DNA of 41,532 nucleotides from positions 1 to 41,532 of the forward strand of contig CAYHYZ010000004.1 in the NCBI GenBank assembly GCA_964360995.1, read 5' to 3'. The translations under genes were made by a program, and so were the position numbers. This DNA comes from an uncultured Candidatus Saccharibacteria bacterium (GTDB lineage: Bacteria > Patescibacteriota > Minisyncoccia > Ryanbacterales > HO2-45-13). The notes under the pieces are model-generated. The model was not told the origin of the DNA, did no database searches, and saw only the letters and a list, made by a program, of their open reading frames with translations. Shown here one piece after another: positions 7,387-16,289 of the stretch. Each line of letters opens with the position of its first letter. Positions within the stretch are counted from its first letter, which is position 1.

Positions 7387-9600
7387 CTACTGCCCACCCA
7401 TGGTTTTCAGCCACGCATCAACCGCTGAAGTATATTTTGGATCCATTTGGACAGCGCGTTCTGCATGTTTGATTGCTTCAGTTTTATTACCAAGATCAGC
7501 ATAGGTTTGGGCGAATGCGATGTGCAGTTCTGCAGTGCCATCTTTATTAGCTGTGTGCATTTCAAGGAATTTAATAATATCCAAGCGCTTCGCTGTATCG
7601 TTTATTCCCATTACCCTTTGAAGCATGCTATTGATTTCTTCATCTGCAAGGATAGTAATGGCTCCGCTGGCGATCTTCTCCGTCAGAATTTTTTGAGCTC
7701 CCACAATGTCGCCTCCCTGTAAATACACATTCACAATGACAATAAGTAGTGAGCGCTTCTCTCCGGAAATTTGATACGCCGTATTTACCAATTGCAGCGC
7801 TTCGGGAAACTTTCCCTGTACCATACGAAGTTCTGCAAAACTGATGTAGTTCTGTACATACCCAGGGGCTTCGGAGAGTGCCTCCTCATATAATTTTTCA
7901 GAACGAACGCCTGAAGGCCCTCTCGCATCCTGGATGGCAAGAAGGCGTGCGAGTAGTAATTTATTTTTTAACACCTCCGGTTCGTCTGCTACTTGTTCCT
8001 CCATTTTTGCAATTGCAAAGGAAAGGAGTTTACTTGTATTATCATTGGGTTGCGTGGCCTTGAGGGCATAGTCCATCGAGACAATACCAATCCGCTCACG
8101 AATCTCACGAGATCCAAGTGTACGCAGCGCAAGTATTTCATCAGTCCGCTGCGCAATTTCTTCAAACGATGTCTGCTTCTGAAAAGACTGTAGTACATCA
8201 ATAGCGCCGGTGGCGGCTTGTATCGGTCGAACATTCAGGAATGAAACCAACAACACGATTGCAACAAGCGCCCCCGCGGGCACCATCGCCGCAAATGCTG
8301 GATCGACTGGCTTCGTATTTTTTGCCCCATGCTCGACTGATACTGTATGGAGAAACGCAAGCGCAAACACAAGCGTGAGATACGTTGTGATGGTGTCAAA
8401 CACGAAAAAATTTTGCGCCAAATACGCGCCGTATCCTCCTGCAAATGCGAGCGCAATTACCGAGTGTAGCGTTCTTGATTTCCACAATCGGAATAACGTA
8501 TATAGGGCAGCGGCATGTATAGAGAGAAACGCGATAAAACCAAGAATCCCTGCGTCAACCAACCACTCAAGAAATACATTGTGTGTTCGATCAAACCATG
8601 GTTCATTCCCGAATAATGATGGATTGTAATATTTTGCAAATGGAACAATAAATGTATCTGGGCCCCACCCAAGCACTGGGCGCTCACGCGCAGCCTCAAT
8701 TGCCATGCCCCAAATTTTGATACGTGGTTGATTCTTTATATCGGTCGAGAATATTTCTGAAAAACGACTAAATAATGGAACTTGCTTCACGATAAAACTA
8801 TTCGGATACATTTTAATCCCCCCCAACAAACATAATCCGGCCATTACTATTGCCGCAGCTCCATATTTAAACGTGCGTTGCTTTGAAAAAATAAGGATAA
8901 GCACGGTCATTGTGCCAACACCCGCAAGTAACCCTAAAAATGCTCCGCGACTCGCAGGTAGTAAAAATGCTCCGAGTAACACTAGCTCTACGGCGATGAG
9001 CGTCCACCGCTTCAATGGATTCTTCCACTCGCTCGCAAGTAGTCCTCCCACCACGAACATGTGAGTCATGAGATACACCGCGAGATAAATAAAATTTCCA
9101 AACGTGGCAAAAGGACGGTCTTCTGTCCCATATCCCTTTATTACATCGAACCCCTCTCCAAGAGTGAACAGCGCAACGAACGTTGCGACACCAATACTGA
9201 CATACGAAAAACGCAACCAATCCATTTTATTTTTGAGAATATGCGCTGCGGCCAAAAATAGGGCGAAGAGATGCAGGTAGGTAATGGTCCCCTCCATTCG
9301 CTCAAAATTGGACCAAAAACTTTGGTATGGATTTACCCCAAGGATACCTGCGAGCGTCGCGATGCCCACAAACCCTCCGAATGCATAGAGCACGACACTC
9401 TTTCTTGGACGAAATGATGCGTCCAGCACCGCAAGCGACACCCATGCGACAAAGACAATTTCCGTGACAATGCGAAAAAAGAAGTTTTTCCCCGTAATAA
9501 ACGGAAAATACATCGACTGACTCACAATAAGTGGGGTCAGCAACAACAGCCCAAGCCCAATGTACGCAATCCAACGCACAAATGATTCGTAAGAATTCAT
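7387..9600 (-). CDS. O-antigen ligase/polymerase-like (Wzy_C domain) polytopic membrane protein fused to a C-terminal TPR-repeat domain
   Basis: The protein is 737 aa. The N-terminal ~470 aa are multi-pass hydrophobic and include the ..PASRGAFLGLLAG.. loop typical of the Wzy_C/WaaL/PglL family. The C-terminal ~260 aa (about 7387-8160) are TPR-like (..AELHIAFAQTYADLGNKTEAIKHAERAVQMDPKY..). Confidence 0.75.
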   Translation of the reverse strand: MNSYESFVRWIAYIGLGLLLLTPLIVSQSMYFPFITGKNFFFRIVTEIVFVAWVSLAVLDASFRPRKSVVLYAFGGFVGIATLAGILGVNPYQSFWSNFERMEGTITYLHLFALFLAAAHILKNKMDWLRFSYVSIGVATFVALFTLGEGFDVIKGYGTEDRPFATFGNFIYLAVYLMTHMFVVGGLLASEWKNPLKRWTLIAVELVLLGAFLLPASRGAFLGLLAGVGTMTVLILIFSKQRTFKYGAAAIVMAGLCLLGGIKMYPNSFIVKQVPLFSRFSEIFSTDIKNQPRIKIWGMAIEAARERPVLGWGPDTFIVPFAKYYNPSLFGNEPWFDRTHNVFLEWLVDAGILGFIAFLSIHAAALYTLFRLWKSRTLHSVIALAFAGGYGAYLAQNFFVFDTITTYLTLVFALAFLHTVSVEHGAKNTKPVDPAFAAMVPAGALVAIVLLVSFLNVRPIQAATGAIDVLQSFQKQTSFEEIAQRTDEILALRTLGSREIRERIGIVSMDYALKATQPNDNTSKLLSFAIAKMEEQVADEPEVLKNKLLLARLLAIQDARGPSGVRSEKLYEEALSEAPGYVQNYISFAELRMVQGKFPEALQLVNTAYQISGEKRSLLIVIVNVYLQGGDIVGAQKILTEKIASGAITILADEEINSMLQRVMGINDTAKRLDIIKFLEMHTANKDGTAELHIAFAQTYADLGNKTEAIKHAERAVQMDPKYTSAVDAWLKTMGGQ

Positions 9601-9633
9601 AGATTGGGATTAGTATGCCACGCGCTACCAAAA

Positions 9634-10989
9634 ATGACAAAAAGCGTTATAGTACATGCAATGCTTAGTCGCGCGTTTGCCTACCGCATCCTCCCCGCCA
9701 TTGATGGCGTATTTTTAATGCTGGGTCTTGTCATTGCCCTTGGCATTCGATATGGATCACATGCACTTATGGCGCAATTTTCTGTTCACGCACTTCCATT
9801 CGTTATTGTGTTTTCGGCGTGGTTGTTTATTTTGCGCATCAATGACATGTATCACCCGTACGAATCTCTCGACATCCGGAAAATTCTTGAAGGCTCATTC
9901 CGATCTCTCCTGGTGGGTGTTAGTGCCGCAGTCATCTTCTTCTATGCGTTTCCAGTGTTTGGTATTACCCCTCGAAAAAATCTCCTGCTGATCGGCGGCA
10001 TTGCACTTATTATCATCATTCTTTGGAGATATGTATTTGCTGAAATTATCAAACGATACGCCCCACTCAAAATATTTCTTATTGGAGGCGCGCCGGAGAT
10101 TACTGAAGTCGCTGCATACATACAATCCCGCCCGCAGCTTGGCATCAATGTCGAACAGCATCCGGAGATTACACCTGCTATGGTATCTGTGATGAGTGCG
10201 GCAGGTCGCAATTATTATGTGGTGATTCCGCAGTCCGTAAAGTCATCGGGGGAGCCAATGAATCGCATATATGCACTCCTTCCTTCGGGGGTGCAATTAC
10301 TGGATTTTGCTGCACTGCACGAGCGACTTTATCACAGAATTCCTGTATCACTGATTACGGAACTGTGGTTTCTCGAACATATTGCTGAAGGGAAAAAACC
10401 CATTTACTCGGGTGTAAAACGTATCATTGATATTGTTATCGGACTGATAGTAGGCACAATTACATTGGTTTTATTTCCATTCATTGCATTCGCTATCAAA
10501 ATTAACAGCAAGGGGCCCGTCATACTTCCCAATCACTACCGGGTAGGACAAAATGGGAAAATATTTCAACTATACAAATTCCGCTCCATGGAAGATAACG
10601 CCGAAAAACACGGGCCTCAATGGACCCAGCATAATGATCCTCGCATTACCCGAATTGGAAAATATTTGCGAGAATTACGAATAGACGAACTCCCACAAGT
10701 ATTCAATATATTAAGAGGCGATCTTTCATTTGTTGGTCCGCGCCCCGAGCGACCGGAATTTGTCGCTGAACTGCGCAAAGAAATTCCCTTCTACGATATG
10801 CGTCACCTCGTGAAGCCGGGGCTATCTGGTTGGGCGCAAACAAACCCACCGTTCTATTACACAGGCACCACCGAGACCATCATCAAACTGCAATATGATC
10901 TTTACTATATCAAGAATCGCAGCATGATCCTTGACCTATCAGTACTCCTCAACACAATAGTAGTGCTTTTTTCCCGTCTGGGCCGCTGA
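9634..10989 (+). CDS. Polyprenyl-phosphate hexose-1-phosphate transferase (WbaP-like 'bacterial sugar transferase'), the initiating enzyme
   Basis: The C-terminal catalytic domain reads KRIIDIVIGL..GPVIL..RVGQNGKIFQLYKFRSM..DPRITRIGKYLRELRIDELPQVFNILRGDLSFVGPRPERPEF. The N-terminus has transmembrane helices. The track start at 9604 is TTG; ATG candidates are at 9634 and 9661, and the latter has TATAGT 7 nt upstream. Confidence 0.9.
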   Translation: MTKSVIVHAMLSRAFAYRILPAIDGVFLMLGLVIALGIRYGSHALMAQFSVHALPFVIVFSAWLFILRINDMYHPYESLDIRKILEGSFRSLLVGVSAAVIFFYAFPVFGITPRKNLLLIGGIALIIIILWRYVFAEIIKRYAPLKIFLIGGAPEITEVAAYIQSRPQLGINVEQHPEITPAMVSVMSAAGRNYYVVIPQSVKSSGEPMNRIYALLPSGVQLLDFAALHERLYHRIPVSLITELWFLEHIAEGKKPIYSGVKRIIDIVIGLIVGTITLVLFPFIAFAIKINSKGPVILPNHYRVGQNGKIFQLYKFRSMEDNAEKHGPQWTQHNDPRITRIGKYLRELRIDELPQVFNILRGDLSFVGPRPERPEFVAELRKEIPFYDMRHLVKPGLSGWAQTNPPFYYTGTTETIIKLQYDLYYIKNRSMILDLSVLLNTIVVLFSRLGR

Positions 10990-10990
10990 T

Positions 10991-11992
10991 ATGGGCATCT
11001 TCATTGTCACCCAATCAATTGACGAGAAGGATTCGGTGCTATCTTTTTTTCTCGATTGGGTGAATGAATTCGCGCGACATACAAACGTCATTGTCGTTGC
11101 GAATAAAGTCGGCTCACATCATCTTCCAAAACATGTGCAAGTATTCTCACTCGGAGGCGAACAAAACTCTTGGCGTATTACAAAGGTGATGCGCTTACAA
11201 TATCTGTTTTTAAGACACCGGAGGGATATTTCACGCATTTTTTTTCATATGTGCCCAGAATATGTTGTCTCTCTCCACATTCTTCCAAAAATACTGCGTA
11301 AGCGATCCATCTTATGGTATGTCCACAAAAGAATTTCAATCTATCTACGAGCTGCACACCTCCTCGTCAATAGGATAGTGACTGCAACAGAATCCTCATG
11401 CAACCTTTCCTCAAGAAAAATCTTGGTTTGTGGCCACGGCATCAATACCGAACGCTTCTCCCCAGGCACGCTACCAAAAACAAACACACTGGAAATTGTA
11501 TTAGTCGGAAGAATAAGTCCAGTAAAACGATATGAACTACTACTTCCAGTGGCTGTCGCACTCCGATCTAAAAATAGACATTTCCATATGCGTATTGCGG
11601 GTCCAATAGCCGCTCAGGATGTCGATTACTATAATAATTTGCAGCAGACAATCAAAAACGATCATCTGTCAGAATACATTGAATTCGTGGGGGTCATCCC
11701 TCATGAAAAACTGCCTATGTTTTATCATTCGTCGCATGCATTAATCAGCTTTACCCCTACAGGCAGCTTCGACAAGGTGATTTTGGAAGCCATGTCATCT
11801 GGCCTACATGTGTACTGTACGAATGTAAGCCTTGAGGGAATACTGAACGAAGGATATATAAAGGAAGGAACCACAAACACACTTGCACAGTTATTGGCGG
11901 AAGTCCCACTGGAGCATAATTATCGAAACCGAAACTATATTGTACAGTACCACAATTTGCATGAACTCATTAAGCGATTACTAAGCGCGTAG
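10991..11992 (+). CDS. Glycosyltransferase, GT4-like (GT-B fold)
   Basis: The 333-aa protein starts 1 nt after the preceding stop. Its C-terminal half has the GT-B donor-binding pattern (..LVGRISPVKRYE.., ..GSFDKVILEAMSSG..). Confidence 0.75.
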   Translation: MGIFIVTQSIDEKDSVLSFFLDWVNEFARHTNVIVVANKVGSHHLPKHVQVFSLGGEQNSWRITKVMRLQYLFLRHRRDISRIFFHMCPEYVVSLHILPKILRKRSILWYVHKRISIYLRAAHLLVNRIVTATESSCNLSSRKILVCGHGINTERFSPGTLPKTNTLEIVLVGRISPVKRYELLLPVAVALRSKNRHFHMRIAGPIAAQDVDYYNNLQQTIKNDHLSEYIEFVGVIPHEKLPMFYHSSHALISFTPTGSFDKVILEAMSSGLHVYCTNVSLEGILNEGYIKEGTTNTLAQLLAEVPLEHNYRNRNYIVQYHNLHELIKRLLSA

Positions 11993-11993
11993 C

Positions 11994-13805
11994 ATGTGCG
12001 CCATCAACGGTTTCACATTTGAAAACAAGAACCTTATAGACGCGATGAATACCTGTACGCGTCATCGGGGTCCTGACGCCACATGCACGTGGATTTCTCA
12101 TGACATTTCATTAGGACATAATCGTCTCAAAATTATTGATTTACGCGATGACGCAAATCAGCCCCTCACAAGCAGCGATGGCCGGTACGTGATTGTCTTC
12201 AATGGCGAAATATACAATTTTAAGGAGCTCCGGAGGGAACTCAATTATCCATTTGCAACTGAATCGGATACAGAGGTGTTGCTCGCAGGATTCATCACGT
12301 GGGGAGAAAAAGTTGTATCGAAGCTCAACGGGATATTTGCGTTCGCGGTTTTCGACACATTTGAACGCGCTCTCTTTCTCGCGCGAGATCACAATGGTAT
12401 TAAGCCGCTGTATTACTTTCATAAGGATAATACATTGATCTTTGCATCAGAAATAAAAGCTATCTTAGTGCACCCCGCGGTATCAAGGCAACTCGATCAC
12501 ATTGCCCTATCTCATCATTTGTTGCTGCAATATACACCAGAACCCATGACGCTCTTTAAAGATATCAAAAAGTTTCCCGCAGCACACTTTGCATGGTTTC
12601 AAAATGAACTACTACATTTCACGAAATACTGGTCCCCGACCATACCAAAAAACTTTGATCGATTGGATCTGCCGCGCGTACTCGATTGTATTCACACTGC
12701 AGTTAAAGCGGAGCTGGTCAGTGACCGTCCGGTCGGTCTTTATCTTTCCGGAGGCATTGACTCTAGCACTATTCTCCATTTTGCCCGCCCGCATATTCGT
12801 GAACTCAACACATTTTCCATACGATTTGATCTTTCAGAATCTGAACAACAAGAGAAATTCAATGTTGACGCGGACATCGCGCTACGTCTATCCAAGCACT
12901 ATGAAACCATGCATCATGAACTGCTTATAGACAGTCGGCAGGTAGTGTCAGAAATCGCGCACGCACTCCTGCACCTAGAGGAGCCGATCGCGAATGCAAC
13001 GATCATTCCAATGTTTCTACTCTCCCGTTTTGCGAAAAACCGAGTGGCGGTCGCGCTCTCTGGCGAGGGTGGGGACGAACTGTTTGGCGGCTATGAAAGA
13101 TACCGATTGAGTCGCATCGCAAATATTGTCGGGAGTATGCCCCATATACTAAGTCAACGGATCGCAAAATTAGTTAACTCAAAATTACTATTTCCCCCGG
13201 GTGCGGAACGCTACGCGGCACTAATGATGCCGGGACGGATGCATATGGGAGATATATTTCGATTGGATATTGATGAGCGTACCGCGTCAGCTTGGATAAA
13301 CGAGCGCTTTGCCACAGTACCAGATCAAGATTTTGAACGGCAGATGATGGAAGTCGACAGACAAACGTGGCTTACTGATGAAGCGCTGTTGCGCTCAGAC
13401 AAAATGAGTATGGCTCACGGGCTTGAAATGCGTGTGCCTCTTTTAGAGCGCTCAGTGATTAATATGGCGAGAAGTTTTCCTTCAACATATCACGTAGGTT
13501 TATTTCAAACAAAAAAGTTGCTGAGAAAAGAACTCTTCGGAGTATTGCCAAAATATGTTCTCAAGCAGCCAAAACGCGGATGGTTCTCCCCATCTGCAAA
13601 ATGGATGCGACACCCGGAATTAAAGAAGATGATGTCAGAAACCTTTACGCAGTCGTATTACGCAGAAACCTCGACTCTTATCGACTTTGAGCGCTTACAA
13701 CAAATGCACCGATTGCACGCCGGGGGTTCAGCGTACTTTGCCAATGAATTATGGGCTGTATTCGTTTTTCAAATATGGGCAAGAACATTTCAAATACACT
13801 TATGA
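11994..13805 (+). CDS. Asparagine synthase (glutamine-hydrolysing) family amidotransferase, AsnB-like
   Basis: It has the MCAINGF N-terminal nucleophile Cys2, the Ntn glutaminase domain and the PP-loop YLSGGIDSSTIL. The segment ..ALSGEGGDELFGGY.. is also present. Confidence 0.9.
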   Translation: MCAINGFTFENKNLIDAMNTCTRHRGPDATCTWISHDISLGHNRLKIIDLRDDANQPLTSSDGRYVIVFNGEIYNFKELRRELNYPFATESDTEVLLAGFITWGEKVVSKLNGIFAFAVFDTFERALFLARDHNGIKPLYYFHKDNTLIFASEIKAILVHPAVSRQLDHIALSHHLLLQYTPEPMTLFKDIKKFPAAHFAWFQNELLHFTKYWSPTIPKNFDRLDLPRVLDCIHTAVKAELVSDRPVGLYLSGGIDSSTILHFARPHIRELNTFSIRFDLSESEQQEKFNVDADIALRLSKHYETMHHELLIDSRQVVSEIAHALLHLEEPIANATIIPMFLLSRFAKNRVAVALSGEGGDELFGGYERYRLSRIANIVGSMPHILSQRIAKLVNSKLLFPPGAERYAALMMPGRMHMGDIFRLDIDERTASAWINERFATVPDQDFERQMMEVDRQTWLTDEALLRSDKMSMAHGLEMRVPLLERSVINMARSFPSTYHVGLFQTKKLLRKELFGVLPKYVLKQPKRGWFSPSAKWMRHPELKKMMSETFTQSYYAETSTLIDFERLQQMHRLHAGGSAYFANELWAVFVFQIWARTFQIHL

Positions 13806-14977
13806 AAAGAATTCTTATTTGCACTTCTGATTTTTCCTTCCGAGAACGGGGCGCGGAAGAAGCGGATCGCACGTCTGGAATTCTTCAACTCAAGAATTTC
13901 GGATACGAGTTAACGGTGTATGCAAAAACTCACGCGCCACTACAGGCGCAAAGAGAGACCGTTGAGAGGGCACACAGTATGGGCATTAAGCTCGTGTATT
14001 TCCCCTACCGAAAAAAGAGCATTCTTAATCGTATCAACCCGCGGTGGCTGGATGGAGCAAGCCTGGAATATCGAGACCCGGGTTTGCAAGTTGCAATAAA
14101 ACATAAGATAGAGAGTTGGCATCCCGATGTCGTGTGGTTGGAACCGAGTTTTCTTTGGCCGCTCGCACGGACGGTGAGGCGCCTAGGTGTGCCCATTATC
14201 ATGCGCTCGGTTAATTTTGAATCACAGCACTACTTACAAGAGGCAGGTATAGGGCCGTTTACATTGTTGAAGGCGGCATCAAAACTTCTCAATGAATACA
14301 CCGCCGCGCACTCCTGTGACGTGTTATTTGCGATCTCTCCGGATGATCGAGATAAATACAAAAAATTCGGTGCAAAATACTGTGCGGTCCTCCCCCTACG
14401 AAAACTACCGGACTTTCTCAAGTTTGAACATATTCCGAAGGAAACAAAGATACTGCACGTCGCTTTCGCCGGCTCTTCCTATAATGTGCGGCACAATTTG
14501 GCCGCTGCAAGAATGATCATTGAAGAAATTGCACCGACCGTAAACCAATTAATGCCCGGCGTGTTTGTCTTTCATATTTTTGGCGCCAAGCTTCCTGCTT
14601 ATTTACAACGCGAATGCTTGGATAATGTTATCTACGAATCTTACGTGCCGAACCTCGATCGTTTTTATCATGAAATTGACATCGCACTCGCACCGAAATT
14701 GTATGGTGGCGGCATGCAGCAGAAAGTATTTGAACCTATTGTGCGCGGAATTCCGACAATTACCTCAAAAAATGCTCTTGTGGGATATCCGATGCGCCCA
14801 TCAGAAGAGGTGCTACTAGCACATTCACCAAAGGAATATGCGGATCGACTCATTGATCTCGCTGATGTTACACTCAGAAAACAAATATCAGCCGCCGCGC
14901 AGAAGAGTGCGCGCAATCTTTTTTCCCAAGAAATATTAAATCAAATAATTGTTCAAGGACTTAGTCACATTGCCTGA
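13802..14977 (+). CDS. Glycosyltransferase (GT-B, GT4-like)
   Basis: The track ORF begins inside asnB. ATG 13802 forms an ATGA overlap with the asnB stop (MKRILICTSDF..). The C-terminal ..GGGMQQKVFEPIVRGIPTITS.. resembles the GT-B E-x7-E region. Confidence 0.7.
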   Translation: MKRILICTSDFSFRERGAEEADRTSGILQLKNFGYELTVYAKTHAPLQAQRETVERAHSMGIKLVYFPYRKKSILNRINPRWLDGASLEYRDPGLQVAIKHKIESWHPDVVWLEPSFLWPLARTVRRLGVPIIMRSVNFESQHYLQEAGIGPFTLLKAASKLLNEYTAAHSCDVLFAISPDDRDKYKKFGAKYCAVLPLRKLPDFLKFEHIPKETKILHVAFAGSSYNVRHNLAAARMIIEEIAPTVNQLMPGVFVFHIFGAKLPAYLQRECLDNVIYESYVPNLDRFYHEIDIALAPKLYGGGMQQKVFEPIVRGIPTITSKNALVGYPMRPSEEVLLAHSPKEYADRLIDLADVTLRKQISAAAQKSARNLFSQEILNQIIVQGLSHIA

Positions 14978-14980
14978 TTA

Positions 14981-16015
14981 ATGAAAAATCTTTACGCACC
15001 ACGAATTCTCGGGAGATCGTTGCGCCATCTACCATTTTTTTACCCTCACTGGGGCATCCTCAGTAAGCCAAAGCGATTATTTGCCGACACTGCGGCAACA
15101 GTATTTTTCGAGACAAAATTATTTAATCTGGTTGAAAATCCCGCAACGGCCGAATATATCATCATCCCCTATGATTTTTTTCTGATTGAGAGTGAGCGAG
15201 AATATTTGCAAAACGTTGTCGCGGTTTCCGAGGCGCATGGAAAGCAGATCCTCATTTTTGATTTTAGTGATTTTGACAAACCAATTCATGTGCCTAACGC
15301 AAATATTTTCCGCACTTCGCTATACCGGTCAAAACGAATGCCACATGAACACCCAATACCTCCCATCATTTTACCCTTACCCAAAGAACAACGATGTATC
15401 AGGAGCAAATCTTCAATACCTACCATCGGATTTTGCGGCTGGGCAGCACGCGAATCAGCATTAAGAACTCTCCGCGATTCTCTCCATCTCACTTTGACTC
15501 GCACACTCGATATCATTTTTCATACACAACGTACGGCTCACGTGCGCGGTGTAGCAATTCGCCAGGAGGCGCTACGCATCCTCGCTTTGGACGAGAGGGT
15601 AAATACAAATTTTATTGTGCGCACGACGTATTCTGGTCATGCGGATACCATTCAGCTTGATGCGATGCAAGCAAGAATGCAATATGTAGAAAATATGCGC
15701 AACTGTGATTTTTCTCTGTGTGTCAAAGGTGACGGGAACTATTCAAATAGATTTTATGAAGCGCTCAGTCTGTCCCGTCTCCCCCTTCTCGTCGACACAG
15801 ATACGATCCTACCCCTCGCAGAAGAAATCAATTACGATGAGTTTGTACTCACTGTTTCTATCCAAAAGATAAATGACCTGCCCGGAGCCACTGCCCAATG
15901 GTGGAACAATCTTACCCCGGCCTCATATCAGGAAAAGCAGGAATCTGCCTTTCAAATGTTCAACAGATTTCTCCGAGCAGATAAATATTTTACAAGACTT
16001 TTTAATCAACTATGA
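14981..16015 (+). CDS. Exostosin-family (GT47-like) glycosyltransferase
   Basis: The segment ..NCDFSLCVKGDGNYSNRFYEALSLSRLPLLVDTDTILPLAEEINYDEFVLTV.. is the characteristic exostosin-domain core. Confidence 0.7.
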   Translation: MKNLYAPRILGRSLRHLPFFYPHWGILSKPKRLFADTAATVFFETKLFNLVENPATAEYIIIPYDFFLIESEREYLQNVVAVSEAHGKQILIFDFSDFDKPIHVPNANIFRTSLYRSKRMPHEHPIPPIILPLPKEQRCIRSKSSIPTIGFCGWAARESALRTLRDSLHLTLTRTLDIIFHTQRTAHVRGVAIRQEALRILALDERVNTNFIVRTTYSGHADTIQLDAMQARMQYVENMRNCDFSLCVKGDGNYSNRFYEALSLSRLPLLVDTDTILPLAEEINYDEFVLTVSIQKINDLPGATAQWWNNLTPASYQEKQESAFQMFNRFLRADKYFTRLFNQL

Positions 16016-16116
16016 AAGTATTGTTTCTTTTTTCTGGGTCCAGGAACGTGAGTCCCGATTCGGCACCGAATGAAATACCTAATACACAATTTTATGGTAT
16101 CAGAAATAGCATATAA
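16012..16116 (+). pseudogene. Remnant of a GT4 glycosyltransferase: first ~30 codons only, then a stop
   Basis: My translation reads MKVLFLFSGSRNVSPDSAPNEIPNTQFYGIRNSI*. It keeps the ATGA overlap with the exostosin stop. It aligns with the N-terminus of the intact downstream GT, MNILYIFSGTRKDKTRGRIHVDYPDTQLYGQN (shared FSG.R and P.TQ.YG). Confidence 0.7.
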
Positions 16117-16282
16117 AGATATTATGATGAGAATTTCTTATACGCAGATTGACATGGCTCCTGGGGTAGTCCAGAGTTGGTGGAATAATCTTTCGGAATC
16201 ATCTTATCACGCGACGCGGAAGGCAGTATGGGAAGAATGTAATACGCGTCTGCGTGCGGACATATTTTTTCCAGTATTCTAG
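16100..16282 (+). pseudogene. Remnant of the C-terminal ~60 codons of a second exostosin-family gene (inside track ORF 16070..16282)
   Basis: ..SEIAYKDIMMRISYTQIDMAPGVVQSWWNNLSESSYHATRKAVWEECNTRLRADIFFPVF* aligns with the end of the intact gene. That end reads ..EEINYDEFVLTVSIQKINDLPGATAQWWNNLTPASYQEKQESAFQMFNRFLRADKYFTRLF. There is no upstream catalytic part. Confidence 0.7.
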
Positions 16283-16289
16283 AATCACT

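Noticed and set aside
16070-16282. A 70-aa ORF as a genuine small gene
   Set aside because: Its only similarity is to the C-terminal end of the adjacent exostosin protein, and it has no catalytic part. I interpret it as a gene remnant (listed as a pseudogene).
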